DNA of 64,000 bases. Origin: Gemmatimonadota bacterium. Its GTDB lineage: Bacteria; Gemmatimonadota; Gemmatimonadetes; Gemmatimonadales; Gemmatimonadaceae. Shown here piece after piece: positions 29,613-38,816 of this stretch. The stretch lies in contig JAZJZK010000006.1 of assembly GCA_040389905.1 (NCBI GenBank), positions 32,001-96,000 on the forward strand, given 5' to 3'. Numbering within the stretch: the first letter of the stretch is position 1; every line of letters starts with the position of its first letter. The position numbers and the translations under genes were made by a program. The notes below the pieces were generated by a model that saw nothing but the letters and a program-made list of their open reading frames with translations, had not been told where the DNA came from and searched no databases.

Positions 29613-31442
29613 ATGTGCGGAATTGTTGGATTCGTCGGGACACGTAGCGCGACGACGTTGCTCGTTGACGGACTGAAGCGACTTGAATACCGGGGCTATG
29701 ACTCGGCCGGCGTGTCGCTCATGAACGGAAACGGTATCGTCGAAACGAGGAAAGCGAAGGGCAAGATCGCCATGCTCGAACAGGCGATCGGCGACAAGCC
29801 CATCCACGGGCACGTTGGTATTGCCCACACGCGGTGGGCGACGCACGGCCCACCGAACGAGTGCAACGCGCACCCGCATCACGACTGCACCGGCGCCGTC
29901 TCCGTCGTTCACAACGGCATCATCGAGAACTATGGTCCCCTCCGCGACATGCTTCGGAAAACGGGGCACACGTTCGTGTCGGAGACGGATACGGAGGTTC
30001 TCGCGCACCTTATCGAAGCGGCCTTCGACGGCAATCTCGAGGAAGCGGTGATCGACGCACTGGCGCTCGTGGAGGGCACGTACGGCATCGCCGTGATTTC
30101 GGCGAAGGATCCCGACAAGCTCGTGGCGGCGCGCAAGGGGAGTCCGCTGCTGATCGGCCTCGGCGATGGCGAGAACTACATCGCCAGCGATGTGGCCGCG
30201 ATCCTTCAGCACACGCGGCACGTGGTCTATCTGGACGATGGCGAGATGGCGGTCCTTCGGAAAGACGACTACCGCGTCATGGACCTGAACGCGAAGACCG
30301 TCAAGAAGCGTGTGAGCCGTATCGAATGGGACCTCGATCAGATCGAGAAGGGTGGCTTCGATCACTTCATGTTGAAGGAGATCATGGAGCAGCCGCAGAC
30401 GATCCAGAACACCATGCGGGGCCGCTCCGTCGACGAGGATGGTTTTTCGAAGCTCGGAGGCTTGAATCTCTCGAAGGAAGAGCTTCAGCACTTCGACCAC
30501 ATCATCATTACCGCGTGCGGGACGAGCTGGCACAGCGCGCTCATTGGGAAAATGATGATCGAGGAGCACGCACGGATTCGCTGCGAGGTTGAGTACGCGT
30601 CCGAGTTCCGGTACCGGAATCCCATCGTCACCGACAAGACGCTGTGCATCGTGATCTCCCAGTCCGGCGAGACGGCGGACACGCTCGCCGCAATGCGCGA
30701 AGCGAAGCGGCGCGGTGCCAAGACGCTCGGTCTCGTGAATCAGGTGGGATCGACCATCGCGCGAGAGGATGATGGCGGCATCTATCTGCATGCGGGGCCC
30801 GAGATCGGCGTCGCGTCCACCAAGGCGTTCACCAGCCAGGTGGTCGCACTGGCGTTGCTCACGCTCAAGCTCGGCCGCTTGCGCACGATGTCGATCATGC
30901 AGGGCCGAGAGGTGACACAGGCGCTGGACCGGCTTCCCGCGCAGATTCAGAGCATTCTCGACCGGGCGGAGGAAATCGAGAAGATCGCGATGGCATTCGT
31001 CGACGCGACGAACTTTCTGTATCTCGGCCGCGGCTACAATTTCCCCGTGGCGCTCGAAGGTGCGCTGAAGTTGAAGGAGATCAGTTACATCCACGCCGAG
31101 GGGTATCCGGCCGCCGAGATGAAGCACGGGCCCATCGCGCTCATCGACGCTGACATGCCGGTCGTCTTCATCGCGCCGCACGACTCGGTGTTCGACAAGG
31201 TCGTGTCGAACATTCAGGAGGTGAAGGCCCGTGGTGGCCGGGTGATCGCCATCACCAGCCGCGACGAGCCGGCACTCGAAGGCATCATCGACTACGAGTT
31301 CCGTGTTCCGGAAACGATCGACATGCTGAACCCCGTGTTGTCTGCGATCCCCTTGCAGTTGCTGGCGTACTACATCGCCGCGAGGCGAGGGCTAAACGTC
31401 GATCAGCCGAGGAACCTGGCAAAGTCCGTGACCGTCGAATAG
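29613..31442 (+). CDS. glmS: Glutamine--fructose-6-phosphate transaminase
   Basis: MCGIVG, LEYRGYDSAG, HTRWATHG, SQSGETADT, PRNLAKSVTVE. Confidence 0.98.
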   Translation: MCGIVGFVGTRSATTLLVDGLKRLEYRGYDSAGVSLMNGNGIVETRKAKGKIAMLEQAIGDKPIHGHVGIAHTRWATHGPPNECNAHPHHDCTGAVSVVHNGIIENYGPLRDMLRKTGHTFVSETDTEVLAHLIEAAFDGNLEEAVIDALALVEGTYGIAVISAKDPDKLVAARKGSPLLIGLGDGENYIASDVAAILQHTRHVVYLDDGEMAVLRKDDYRVMDLNAKTVKKRVSRIEWDLDQIEKGGFDHFMLKEIMEQPQTIQNTMRGRSVDEDGFSKLGGLNLSKEELQHFDHIIITACGTSWHSALIGKMMIEEHARIRCEVEYASEFRYRNPIVTDKTLCIVISQSGETADTLAAMREAKRRGAKTLGLVNQVGSTIAREDDGGIYLHAGPEIGVASTKAFTSQVVALALLTLKLGRLRTMSIMQGREVTQALDRLPAQIQSILDRAEEIEKIAMAFVDATNFLYLGRGYNFPVALEGALKLKEISYIHAEGYPAAEMKHGPIALIDADMPVVFIAPHDSVFDKVVSNIQEVKARGGRVIAITSRDEPALEGIIDYEFRVPETIDMLNPVLSAIPLQLLAYYIAARRGLNVDQPRNLAKSVTVE

Positions 31443-31448
31443 GCCGTC

Positions 31449-33209
31449 ATGTCGTCTTTTGTCGTGCAACTGCACGGCGGCGGGACTCATGACGTGAGTC
31501 ACGTCGACGACGTTGCCTTCCGCGTATCGACCGGCCGTCTTTCATCGCGACGGCCGGGGCAGGTGAGGAGCGGAGGCATCGGGTTTCGCTGGGCGGCGAT
31601 CGCGACGGACGGCGAGCTATCCGATGGCGTGGATCGGTTTATCGTGCGGGACACCAGTCCCTTCATGGTCGAGCCACCCACCGGTCAACAGCCCGTCGTG
31701 AGCGTCACCGTGGAAGATCACGGTGCGCGGGCCGTGCTGACACGCGACCGCTTCGGCGCCAAGCCGCTCTTCTATGTGGCGCATCGTGGCGGATGGCTGA
31801 TCGCCTCGGAGGCGAAGTGCCTGACGCCGTTCCTCAACGGCGTCTCCGTCGATCGCGACGCGTTGGCGGAACTCGTTCGCTATCACTGGATGCCCGGTTC
31901 CGGATATCTCGACGAACAGATCACGCAGGTACTGCCCGGCGCGACTGTTTGGCTCGTGCCCGGACAGCCCGCGAGGAGCACGCCGCTCGAAACGATCACC
32001 TTCGACGTGGCACGCAGGGACGCGCACAACGAATCCTTCGAGTGGTTCTGCGACCGCACGGACGAGGCGTTTCGCTCCACTATTCGACGGGCGTGTAAAG
32101 GAGCGGGCGAAGCCGCCGTCCTGCTCAGCGGCGGCATCGATTCGTCACTCTTGGCCGCACTCGCGAAGGCGGAGGGCATTCCGCTCCGCGCCTATGTGCT
32201 TCGCTACGAGGGGTACGTCAATCCCGAGTACGACCGCGCGATAGCGGTGTCGAAGATGCTGGATCTTCCCGTCGAGGAAGTCACGGTGCCTCGTAATGCG
32301 CTGTCCACGATGGTCCCGTACATGGTGTGGCGCGAGGAACGCACTCCGCGCCACGCGAACACGGTGGCGCTTCGGATACTCCTCGACGCCTGCGCGCAAC
32401 GCTCGTCGGTGGTGATTCACGGCGACGGTGCCGAGGCGATCTTTGGGTTGAAGGACGTGCACCGCGTGGGTCAGTTCGAGCGTCGGCGACGGATCGCGAT
32501 GGCGCTGACTGGCGGGCGCAAGCGACCACGCCTCGCCAAGGTATTCGCTGCGATGCCGAGTGAGCGGGCCAGGAGAATCGCGAAGGTGCTGACCAACGAC
32601 GCCGCAGAATTCTATCGCCAATCCCGGTTGATCGAGTATTCGCCAAGAGCCCTGGCGTTGCTCGAGCCGCTCTACTCGGGTGCGGAGCTCGGCGAAGACA
32701 TCAGGGAGCTGCTCCCCTCGACGGACGCATTGAACAGCGACGCAATTCACGCCTATCAGTGTGCGACCTTCCTTCAGGGATCGTTGTTGCGCATCGACCG
32801 ACACGCGTCACCCCTTGGCCTTTCCGTGTGCCTTCCGTTTTGCAGTTCGGAGGGACTCGCCGTGGCCTCCGTGCTTCCGTTTCGGCACAAGCTGCGGAAT
32901 GGTAAAGGGAAGCCCATTCTCCGCGCGCTCTGCGGTCGCTACCTGCCGGCGGAGGTACTGGCGTGGCCGAAGATCGGGTTCGGGGCACCGCATGAGCGGT
33001 GGATCATGGATTCGATGTCGCCGCGATGGGTTCCGGAGCTATTCCGAGGCGCCGAACCCAGTCGCCTGGCGAGATTGCTTCCCGACGCCAACCTGCGGAC
33101 GCTGATTGCACTCGACGATCATGAGGCCCATTGGTTCGCAATCACGCTCGAGCTGGCGCTGCGTCAATTGGAGGACACGCGCTCGATGGGGCCCGGCGTC
33201 GCGTCGTAG
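31449..33209 (+). CDS. Asparagine synthetase-like (AsnB/lasso-cyclase superfamily) ATP-dependent amide ligase lacking N-terminal Cys
   Basis: RDRFGAKPLFY, ASEAK, PP-loop LLSGGIDSS, GDGAEAIFG, K.ILR, WPKIGF. Confidence 0.8.
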   Translation: MSSFVVQLHGGGTHDVSHVDDVAFRVSTGRLSSRRPGQVRSGGIGFRWAAIATDGELSDGVDRFIVRDTSPFMVEPPTGQQPVVSVTVEDHGARAVLTRDRFGAKPLFYVAHRGGWLIASEAKCLTPFLNGVSVDRDALAELVRYHWMPGSGYLDEQITQVLPGATVWLVPGQPARSTPLETITFDVARRDAHNESFEWFCDRTDEAFRSTIRRACKGAGEAAVLLSGGIDSSLLAALAKAEGIPLRAYVLRYEGYVNPEYDRAIAVSKMLDLPVEEVTVPRNALSTMVPYMVWREERTPRHANTVALRILLDACAQRSSVVIHGDGAEAIFGLKDVHRVGQFERRRRIAMALTGGRKRPRLAKVFAAMPSERARRIAKVLTNDAAEFYRQSRLIEYSPRALALLEPLYSGAELGEDIRELLPSTDALNSDAIHAYQCATFLQGSLLRIDRHASPLGLSVCLPFCSSEGLAVASVLPFRHKLRNGKGKPILRALCGRYLPAEVLAWPKIGFGAPHERWIMDSMSPRWVPELFRGAEPSRLARLLPDANLRTLIALDDHEAHWFAITLELALRQLEDTRSMGPGVAS

Positions 33210-33299
33210 CGTTGATGGTCGCATGCGTGCTCGGGGCCTGAACTCTTGCGGACATACTCGCAACCGCCGAAGATAGGCGGTCCTTCACACCGGGTCATC

Positions 33300-33842
33300 A
33301 TGCACATCGCTCGCGTTTGCTCCCTGTTTGCAGCAACGATTCTCGTCGCGGGCGGATGCCGCAACCACGATGACGCCAAGCCCGTGCCCGACGAGACGCC
33401 GGTGGTGGCGCAGGCGTCGTCCGGCGCTGCTGTGGCGCACCCCGGCGATGTGCGCATCGTCAGCGAAGATGGCGGTGTCGACCTGTGGCTCGTGAGTGAC
33501 ACGATCAGTAGCGGGCTCTCGCAATCCACGTTGGCCAGCGCGAAGCAAGGAACCGACACCGCATCGGTCAAGGGCTCAGGGTTGGGCGCGTCGATCGAGC
33601 GAATGGTCAAGAGCTCCGTCCAGAGCGCGATCGCGACGCGCGTCGGATTTCCGATCACCGATATTCGTGGGGCGACGTACCGCGACGGGAAAATCGAGTT
33701 CGACTGGATCGGAAAACCACGCATCACCTTCAACAGCGTCAACGTGAACAAGAAGAAGCTGCTCGAATCGTTCCGGCCGGAGGATGCGCAGCGGTTCGTC
33801 GATGCGGTGAATGCGCGTGCGCGCGCCGTTGGAGCGCGTTAA
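33300..33842 (+). CDS. Hypothetical lipoprotein
   Basis: Signal peptide with lipobox-like VAGG-C; 5 nt upstream of next gene. Confidence 0.7.
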   Translation: MHIARVCSLFAATILVAGGCRNHDDAKPVPDETPVVAQASSGAAVAHPGDVRIVSEDGGVDLWLVSDTISSGLSQSTLASAKQGTDTASVKGSGLGASIERMVKSSVQSAIATRVGFPITDIRGATYRDGKIEFDWIGKPRITFNSVNVNKKKLLESFRPEDAQRFVDAVNARARAVGAR

Positions 33843-33847
33843 CGAGT

Positions 33848-34612
33848 ATGGCAACCGCCGCGCTCCGCCCACGGTCGGTTACCGAGATCGTGGACGTCGC
33901 ATTCCAGATCCTTCGCGCACACTACGGTCAATTCGTGATGTGCTCCGCGATCGCATACCTCCCATGGCTCCTCGTCGAGCTGGTCTTCGTCGGCGACCCC
34001 CAGCGAATGGCGGGGACGAGTCTCTGGGCCGGAATGGCGGCGCTGGCCGGCATCTGGGTCACCTACGCGCTCATGAGCGCCGTGATCATCACCTGTGCCT
34101 CGCAGGCGTATCTCGGCGACGCGGTGGATGTCGGAGCGGCTGTCCGTCTGGCGCTCCCCAAGCTGCACCGCGTAATGATCGCCGCCATCGCGCGCTATGT
34201 CCTGATCATGGTTGGGTTCCTCGCGATGATGGTCGGTTCACTCTACGTCGTCGCCGCGCTGTTCGCGCTCACGCCGGTGATCATCCTCGAGGACGCCAGC
34301 GTTCCCGGCGCCTTCAGGCGGACGCTCGCCCTCTCGAAGGGCCGCAAGCGCCACGTGCTCAACACGCTCGGGCTGATCGCCATCATCTATTACACGCTCG
34401 CCATCGGCGTCACGCTCCTGTCCGCGATGTTCGGTGACTTCGTCGTGAACGCGCTCGCCGGCGCGTTCTATACGATCCTCGCCTATCCGGTCATTGCGAT
34501 TACGGAAGCGCTGCTCTACTACGACGCGCGCATTCAGAGTGAGGGGCTCGATATCGAGCTCATGGCCGACGAGTTGGGCGCCGGAGTACCAGCCGCCCCG
34601 ATCGCGCCCTGA
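33848..34612 (+). CDS. Integral membrane protein (GDPD-membrane-domain-like) of MoxR cluster
   Basis: LRPRS..EI.D..F start, about 5 TM helices, LYYDARI..EGLDIE end. Confidence 0.75.
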   Translation: MATAALRPRSVTEIVDVAFQILRAHYGQFVMCSAIAYLPWLLVELVFVGDPQRMAGTSLWAGMAALAGIWVTYALMSAVIITCASQAYLGDAVDVGAAVRLALPKLHRVMIAAIARYVLIMVGFLAMMVGSLYVVAALFALTPVIILEDASVPGAFRRTLALSKGRKRHVLNTLGLIAIIYYTLAIGVTLLSAMFGDFVVNALAGAFYTILAYPVIAITEALLYYDARIQSEGLDIELMADELGAGVPAAPIAP

Positions 34613-34617
34613 CGGTC

Positions 34618-35241
34618 TTGCTCTTCCTCATGCAGGTCGCGGAACGGAGCTGGTCGGCGTCAGCGGTGCACGATTCCGTGCAGGCAGTCCTGCGCGATCC
34701 AGCCTTTCACCGTACGCTGCGGCGTTCGCTCGCCGACCGCCTCATGCTCTGGCTGGCTGAATGGTGGACGCGCGTCTCGCGGCTCCTGGCGCACATGCCA
34801 TCGATGAGATCGTTCGGCCTGGCACTGGTGGCACTCATCGTCATCTTCGTTGTCGTTCGACTGGTGATCGCTGCACGGCAACGCGATGCTGGGGTTGTTC
34901 GGCACGTGACGCGTCGAGGATCGAGCGCGACCGAGGACGCATGGCTTCAGGCCGATCGCCTCGCGGAAGCGGGCCACTACGAGGAGGCCGCGCACGCACT
35001 GTATCGCGGGGTGCTCGTCGCACTGGGGCGCTCGGAGCGACTTCGCCTCGAACCATCGAAGACGAGTGGCGACTACGCGCGAGAGCTACGGAGACGTGGA
35101 TCGGCCGCACACGGGCCCTTCAGGACGTTTACGCGACGGTTCGATATCGCGGTGTACGGGCATGGCGGCTGCGACGCGGACGCGTTTGTCGCGCTGCGCG
35201 AGCTCAGTACGCCATTTTACGCGAACGCGCGCGCGGCGTGA
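34618..35241 (+). CDS. DUF4129 domain membrane protein
   Basis: One TM; A..G.YEEA...LY, SKT.GDY, F..AVYG pattern. Confidence 0.75.
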   Translation: MLFLMQVAERSWSASAVHDSVQAVLRDPAFHRTLRRSLADRLMLWLAEWWTRVSRLLAHMPSMRSFGLALVALIVIFVVVRLVIAARQRDAGVVRHVTRRGSSATEDAWLQADRLAEAGHYEEAAHALYRGVLVALGRSERLRLEPSKTSGDYARELRRRGSAAHGPFRTFTRRFDIAVYGHGGCDADAFVALRELSTPFYANARAA

Positions 35242-36488
35242 CCGATCCATCAACCGCCGACCGCCGTGAGTGGTGGACGCGCCCGGCGACGGTGCTTCCC
35301 GTCGTCGCATCGATCGCCTTGCTCGTGGCCTTTCTCACACCCCAGGCGGCGCAAGGCCGCTTCGGTGACTCGCGCCTCTCGACGCACCTTGCCGGAGCAC
35401 AGGGTGCGCGCTTACTGGCTGACCTGTCGAAGCGTCTCGGCTGGACGGTGATCCAACGCGACAGTCAGCCCTCGCCTGAGGCGGCGGACGCGAGAACCAT
35501 TCATGCGGTTCTCGCCCCTCCACTGCCCGCCACCGCGGAGGAAGCGCACCAGTTTCTCACGGCGGTCCGCGGCGGAGATGCGCTGCTGCTCGTCGTGGAC
35601 GGGCGATCGCCGCTTTCCGACTCCCTTGGCGTTACCAACTTCAGGCGCGGAGGTCTCCTCCCGCGCCGCGCCGGCGCGGGAGCGGAGTGTGCGAAATATA
35701 CGGAGTCGGTTCCCCCTGTCTGGCCTGATGGACGCGTCCACCTGTATGGCCTGCGCTGGCTCAGGGGCGTTCCTCGGGGGAATGTTGTGTTTGCGACGTT
35801 GAGCCCTGACGAAACCGGCAGCACCGCACCCGGCGACGCAGCGGTCGGCTTCGCGTACGGCAATGGCCGCGTCGTCGTGGTGGCGGACCCTGACCTCATG
35901 CGAAACGATGTGCTTCGGCACTGTGGATGGGGAACCGACGTCATCACCGTACGGATCCTCGAATGGCTGCGCGCCGGCGGGGACGCCCCGCGCACAACGC
36001 TGGCATTCGACGAATACCATCAGGGCTACGGCGCGAAACCATCCGTCTTCGATGTGACCGGATCCTTCCTTGTCGACCACCCGGCTGGCCGAGCGATTCT
36101 CCAACTCGCGCTTGCCGCGCTGGTGCTGCTCTTCGCCGTGGCGCCGCGCGCGCTGCCCCCCGTGCACGTCGAGGCGATCGAGCGTCGCGATCCACTCGAG
36201 CAGGTCGATGCACTCGCGCACGCATACGAACAGGTGCACGCCACGAAAACCCTGGCCGCTCGGCTGTTGCGCGGGGTGCGCTGGCGAGTCGAGCGCGGTG
36301 GTTCGGTTGCGCGTGCACGCGCCGACGACGCATTTCTCAACGATGCGCTGGCCCGCGCACCGTCGCTCGGTGATGATGTCGCACGCGTCCGTCACGCACT
36401 CGCGGCGACTATTCCGGACCGCGACCTGCCCGCGCTCGGCGAAGCGCTTCGTCGTATTGAACACACACTCACGACCACGATCTCATGA
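35238..36488 (+). CDS. DUF4350 domain membrane protein
   Basis: GTG overlaps upstream stop; N-terminal TM, G.GRVVVVADP..MRN, FDEYHQG, second TM. Confidence 0.75.
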   Translation: MTDPSTADRREWWTRPATVLPVVASIALLVAFLTPQAAQGRFGDSRLSTHLAGAQGARLLADLSKRLGWTVIQRDSQPSPEAADARTIHAVLAPPLPATAEEAHQFLTAVRGGDALLLVVDGRSPLSDSLGVTNFRRGGLLPRRAGAGAECAKYTESVPPVWPDGRVHLYGLRWLRGVPRGNVVFATLSPDETGSTAPGDAAVGFAYGNGRVVVVADPDLMRNDVLRHCGWGTDVITVRILEWLRAGGDAPRTTLAFDEYHQGYGAKPSVFDVTGSFLVDHPAGRAILQLALAALVLLFAVAPRALPPVHVEAIERRDPLEQVDALAHAYEQVHATKTLAARLLRGVRWRVERGGSVARARADDAFLNDALARAPSLGDDVARVRHALAATIPDRDLPALGEALRRIEHTLTTTIS

Positions 36489-37453
36489 GCATACCGATTT
36501 CTCCGGCGCAGGGCGCCACCCTGCTTGCACGCGTGCGCGAAGCGGTGGCGACGCGCGTGGTGGGCCAGGAGGCAACCGTTGCCGATGTGCTGGTGGCGTT
36601 TCTCGCGCGGGGACATGTCCTCGTTGAGGGCGTGCCCGGAACGGCGAAGACGTTACTCGTGCGATCACTCTCTGCCGCACTTGGCGTGCGCTTCGCCAGA
36701 ATTCAGTTCACGCCCGATCTCATGCCGTCCGACGTCACGGGTGTGAACGTCTTGCGTGACCCCGCGCGCGGGTTCGAATTCCAGGCTGGCCCGGTGTTCA
36801 CTGACCTCCTTCTCGGGGACGAGATCAACCGCGCACCCGCGAAGACCCAGGCGGCGTTGCTCGAGGCGATGGCCGAGCGACAGGTGACCGTCGACGGCAT
36901 TTCGCGCCCACTCGGTGATCTCTTTACGGTGTTTGCCACGCAGAATCCCGTCGAGCACGAAGGGACATATCCGCTACCCGAAGCGCAGCTCGACCGCTTC
37001 CTCATCAAGGCGGTGATGCCATATCCCTCACGCGAGGCCGAGTTGGAACTGCTGGCCCGGTACGAGAATGGCTTCGATGCCGAGCGTCTCGTGGTCGCGG
37101 ACATGCCCACGGCTCTGGAGCCCGCGGAGGTGAGCGCACTGCGAGGGCTGGTCGACCGTGTCCGCGTGGCCGAAGAAGTCCGCGGCTACATCGCGGACAT
37201 TACGCGCTCCACCCGTGAGGAGCGGATGCTTGCGTTGGGCGCGTCACCACGTGCCACCGTTGCGCTCTTCCGGGCCGCGCGCGCCGTTGCCGTGCTCGAA
37301 GGGCGGGATTTCGTGACGCCGGATGACGTCAAGGGAATCGCGCCGGCGGTGCTCCGTCACCGTATTGCGTTGTCACCGGAGCTCGAAGTGGAGGGCCGCA
37401 CGCCAGACGATGTCCTCGCGTCACTCCTGGATCGCGTGCGCGTTCCCGAGTGA
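36485..37453 (+). CDS. MoxR family AAA+ ATPase
   Basis: GHVLVEGVPGTAKT, RIQFTPDLMPSD, DEINRAPAKTQAALLEAM, NPVEHEGTYPLPEAQLDRF, GASPRA. Confidence 0.95.
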   Translation: MSIPISPAQGATLLARVREAVATRVVGQEATVADVLVAFLARGHVLVEGVPGTAKTLLVRSLSAALGVRFARIQFTPDLMPSDVTGVNVLRDPARGFEFQAGPVFTDLLLGDEINRAPAKTQAALLEAMAERQVTVDGISRPLGDLFTVFATQNPVEHEGTYPLPEAQLDRFLIKAVMPYPSREAELELLARYENGFDAERLVVADMPTALEPAEVSALRGLVDRVRVAEEVRGYIADITRSTREERMLALGASPRATVALFRAARAVAVLEGRDFVTPDDVKGIAPAVLRHRIALSPELEVEGRTPDDVLASLLDRVRVPE

Positions 37454-37466
37454 TGCGGTGACGCGA

Positions 37467-38816
37467 ATGCAGGTAGTGGTGCGGCGGATGCGCGCACTGA
37501 CGACCTTTGCACCGACGCGGCGCTTCGCCGTCGCGCTCGCATGCGTCGCACCGCTCTGGTTGGTGAGCGCGAACCCAGTCGGTGCGTGGATCGCCGCGGG
37601 CGCGGTGCTCGCACTCGCAGCGCTGTGCGTCTCTGATGTCGCCGCGCTGCCTCGCCGGCGTGATCTCGATGTGCGTCGCGACTTTCCGGAAACCGTCGGC
37701 GTCGGCGACCAGGCCGAGGGTCGATACGTGGTGGAGTCGCGGTGGAACGCCTCGCTGCATGCACGCCTCTATCACACACTTCCACCGCGGCACCTGTCCG
37801 ACTCCGCGCCGCTCTCAGCGATGGCAATACCACCGCGCGGACGCGTCGAGACGCGCTTCCACGCCTCAGGAGCGGCCCGAGGAGACGCGGCACTCGGCGA
37901 CGTGGCATTGCGAGTCGGGACACGGCTCGGACTCGTCGCGCGAACGATTCGGTACGAGATGCATGACCGCGTCCTCGTGGCGCCGTCGCTGGCGGGTGTG
38001 AAGCGATTCCGCTGGTTGGCGATCCATCATCGCCTTGCGACCGTCGGCATCCGCACGACACGCCGTCGCGGCGAAGGCCGGAGTTTTTCGCGGCTTCGAG
38101 ACTATGTCGTTGGCGACGACCCGCGGTACATCGACTGGAAAGCCACGGCGCGTCGCGGCCACCCCATCACGCGCGAGTTCACCGTCGAGCAGTCCCAGAC
38201 CGTGTTTGTTCTCGTCGATGCGGGCCGGTCGATGACGCAGCTGTCGGGACGGCATCCGCGATTCGAGTATGCGTTGTCGGCGACGTTGCTCCTGGCAGAC
38301 GTCGCCATCACCGCGGGAGACCGCGTCGGCGCGCTCGTTTTCGACGATCAGTTACGCGCACTCGTTCCGGCGCAGCGCGGCGCGACGGCGTTACAGGCGA
38401 TCCGGACGGCGCTCGTTCCCGTCCAACCGACGCTCGTCGAGCCGGACTACGCGTCGGCGTTTCGCGCGCTCGCGCAACGACAGCGGAAGCGCTCATTGAT
38501 CGTCCTCGTCACGGACGTGATCGACGCACGCGCCGCGCGATCACTGCTCGCGCATCTTACGAAAGGCGCCTCTCGGCATCTCGCGGTAGTCGTGGCCCTC
38601 CGCAACGAGGCGCTCCTGGCCACGGCGGCCGCGGGCGGAACGCGGGTCTCGGACCTCTACACGAGTGCGGCGGCCGAGGAGCTCATCTCCGAACGACTCA
38701 CCGCGCTTCAGCGCATGCGGGATGCGGGCGTCGTCGTTCTGGACGTGGCGCCCGACGCAATGGCGGCCGCCGTCGTCAATCAATATCTCGAGCTCAAGTC
38801 GCGCGGCGCGTTGTAG
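37467..38816 (+). CDS. DUF58 (VWA-like) protein with N-terminal TM segments
   Basis: LRDYVVGDDPRYIDWKATAR, LVDAGRSM, GDRVG, VTD; start 37458 or 37467. Confidence 0.9.
   Translation: MQVVVRRMRALTTFAPTRRFAVALACVAPLWLVSANPVGAWIAAGAVLALAALCVSDVAALPRRRDLDVRRDFPETVGVGDQAEGRYVVESRWNASLHARLYHTLPPRHLSDSAPLSAMAIPPRGRVETRFHASGAARGDAALGDVALRVGTRLGLVARTIRYEMHDRVLVAPSLAGVKRFRWLAIHHRLATVGIRTTRRRGEGRSFSRLRDYVVGDDPRYIDWKATARRGHPITREFTVEQSQTVFVLVDAGRSMTQLSGRHPRFEYALSATLLLADVAITAGDRVGALVFDDQLRALVPAQRGATALQAIRTALVPVQPTLVEPDYASAFRALAQRQRKRSLIVLVTDVIDARAARSLLAHLTKGASRHLAVVVALRNEALLATAAAGGTRVSDLYTSAAAEELISERLTALQRMRDAGVVVLDVAPDAMAAAVVNQYLELKSRGAL

Noticed and set aside
31449..33300. Lasso peptide cluster around the AsnB-like gene
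   Set aside because: No precursor peptide, RRE/B1 or B2 protease gene found adjacent.
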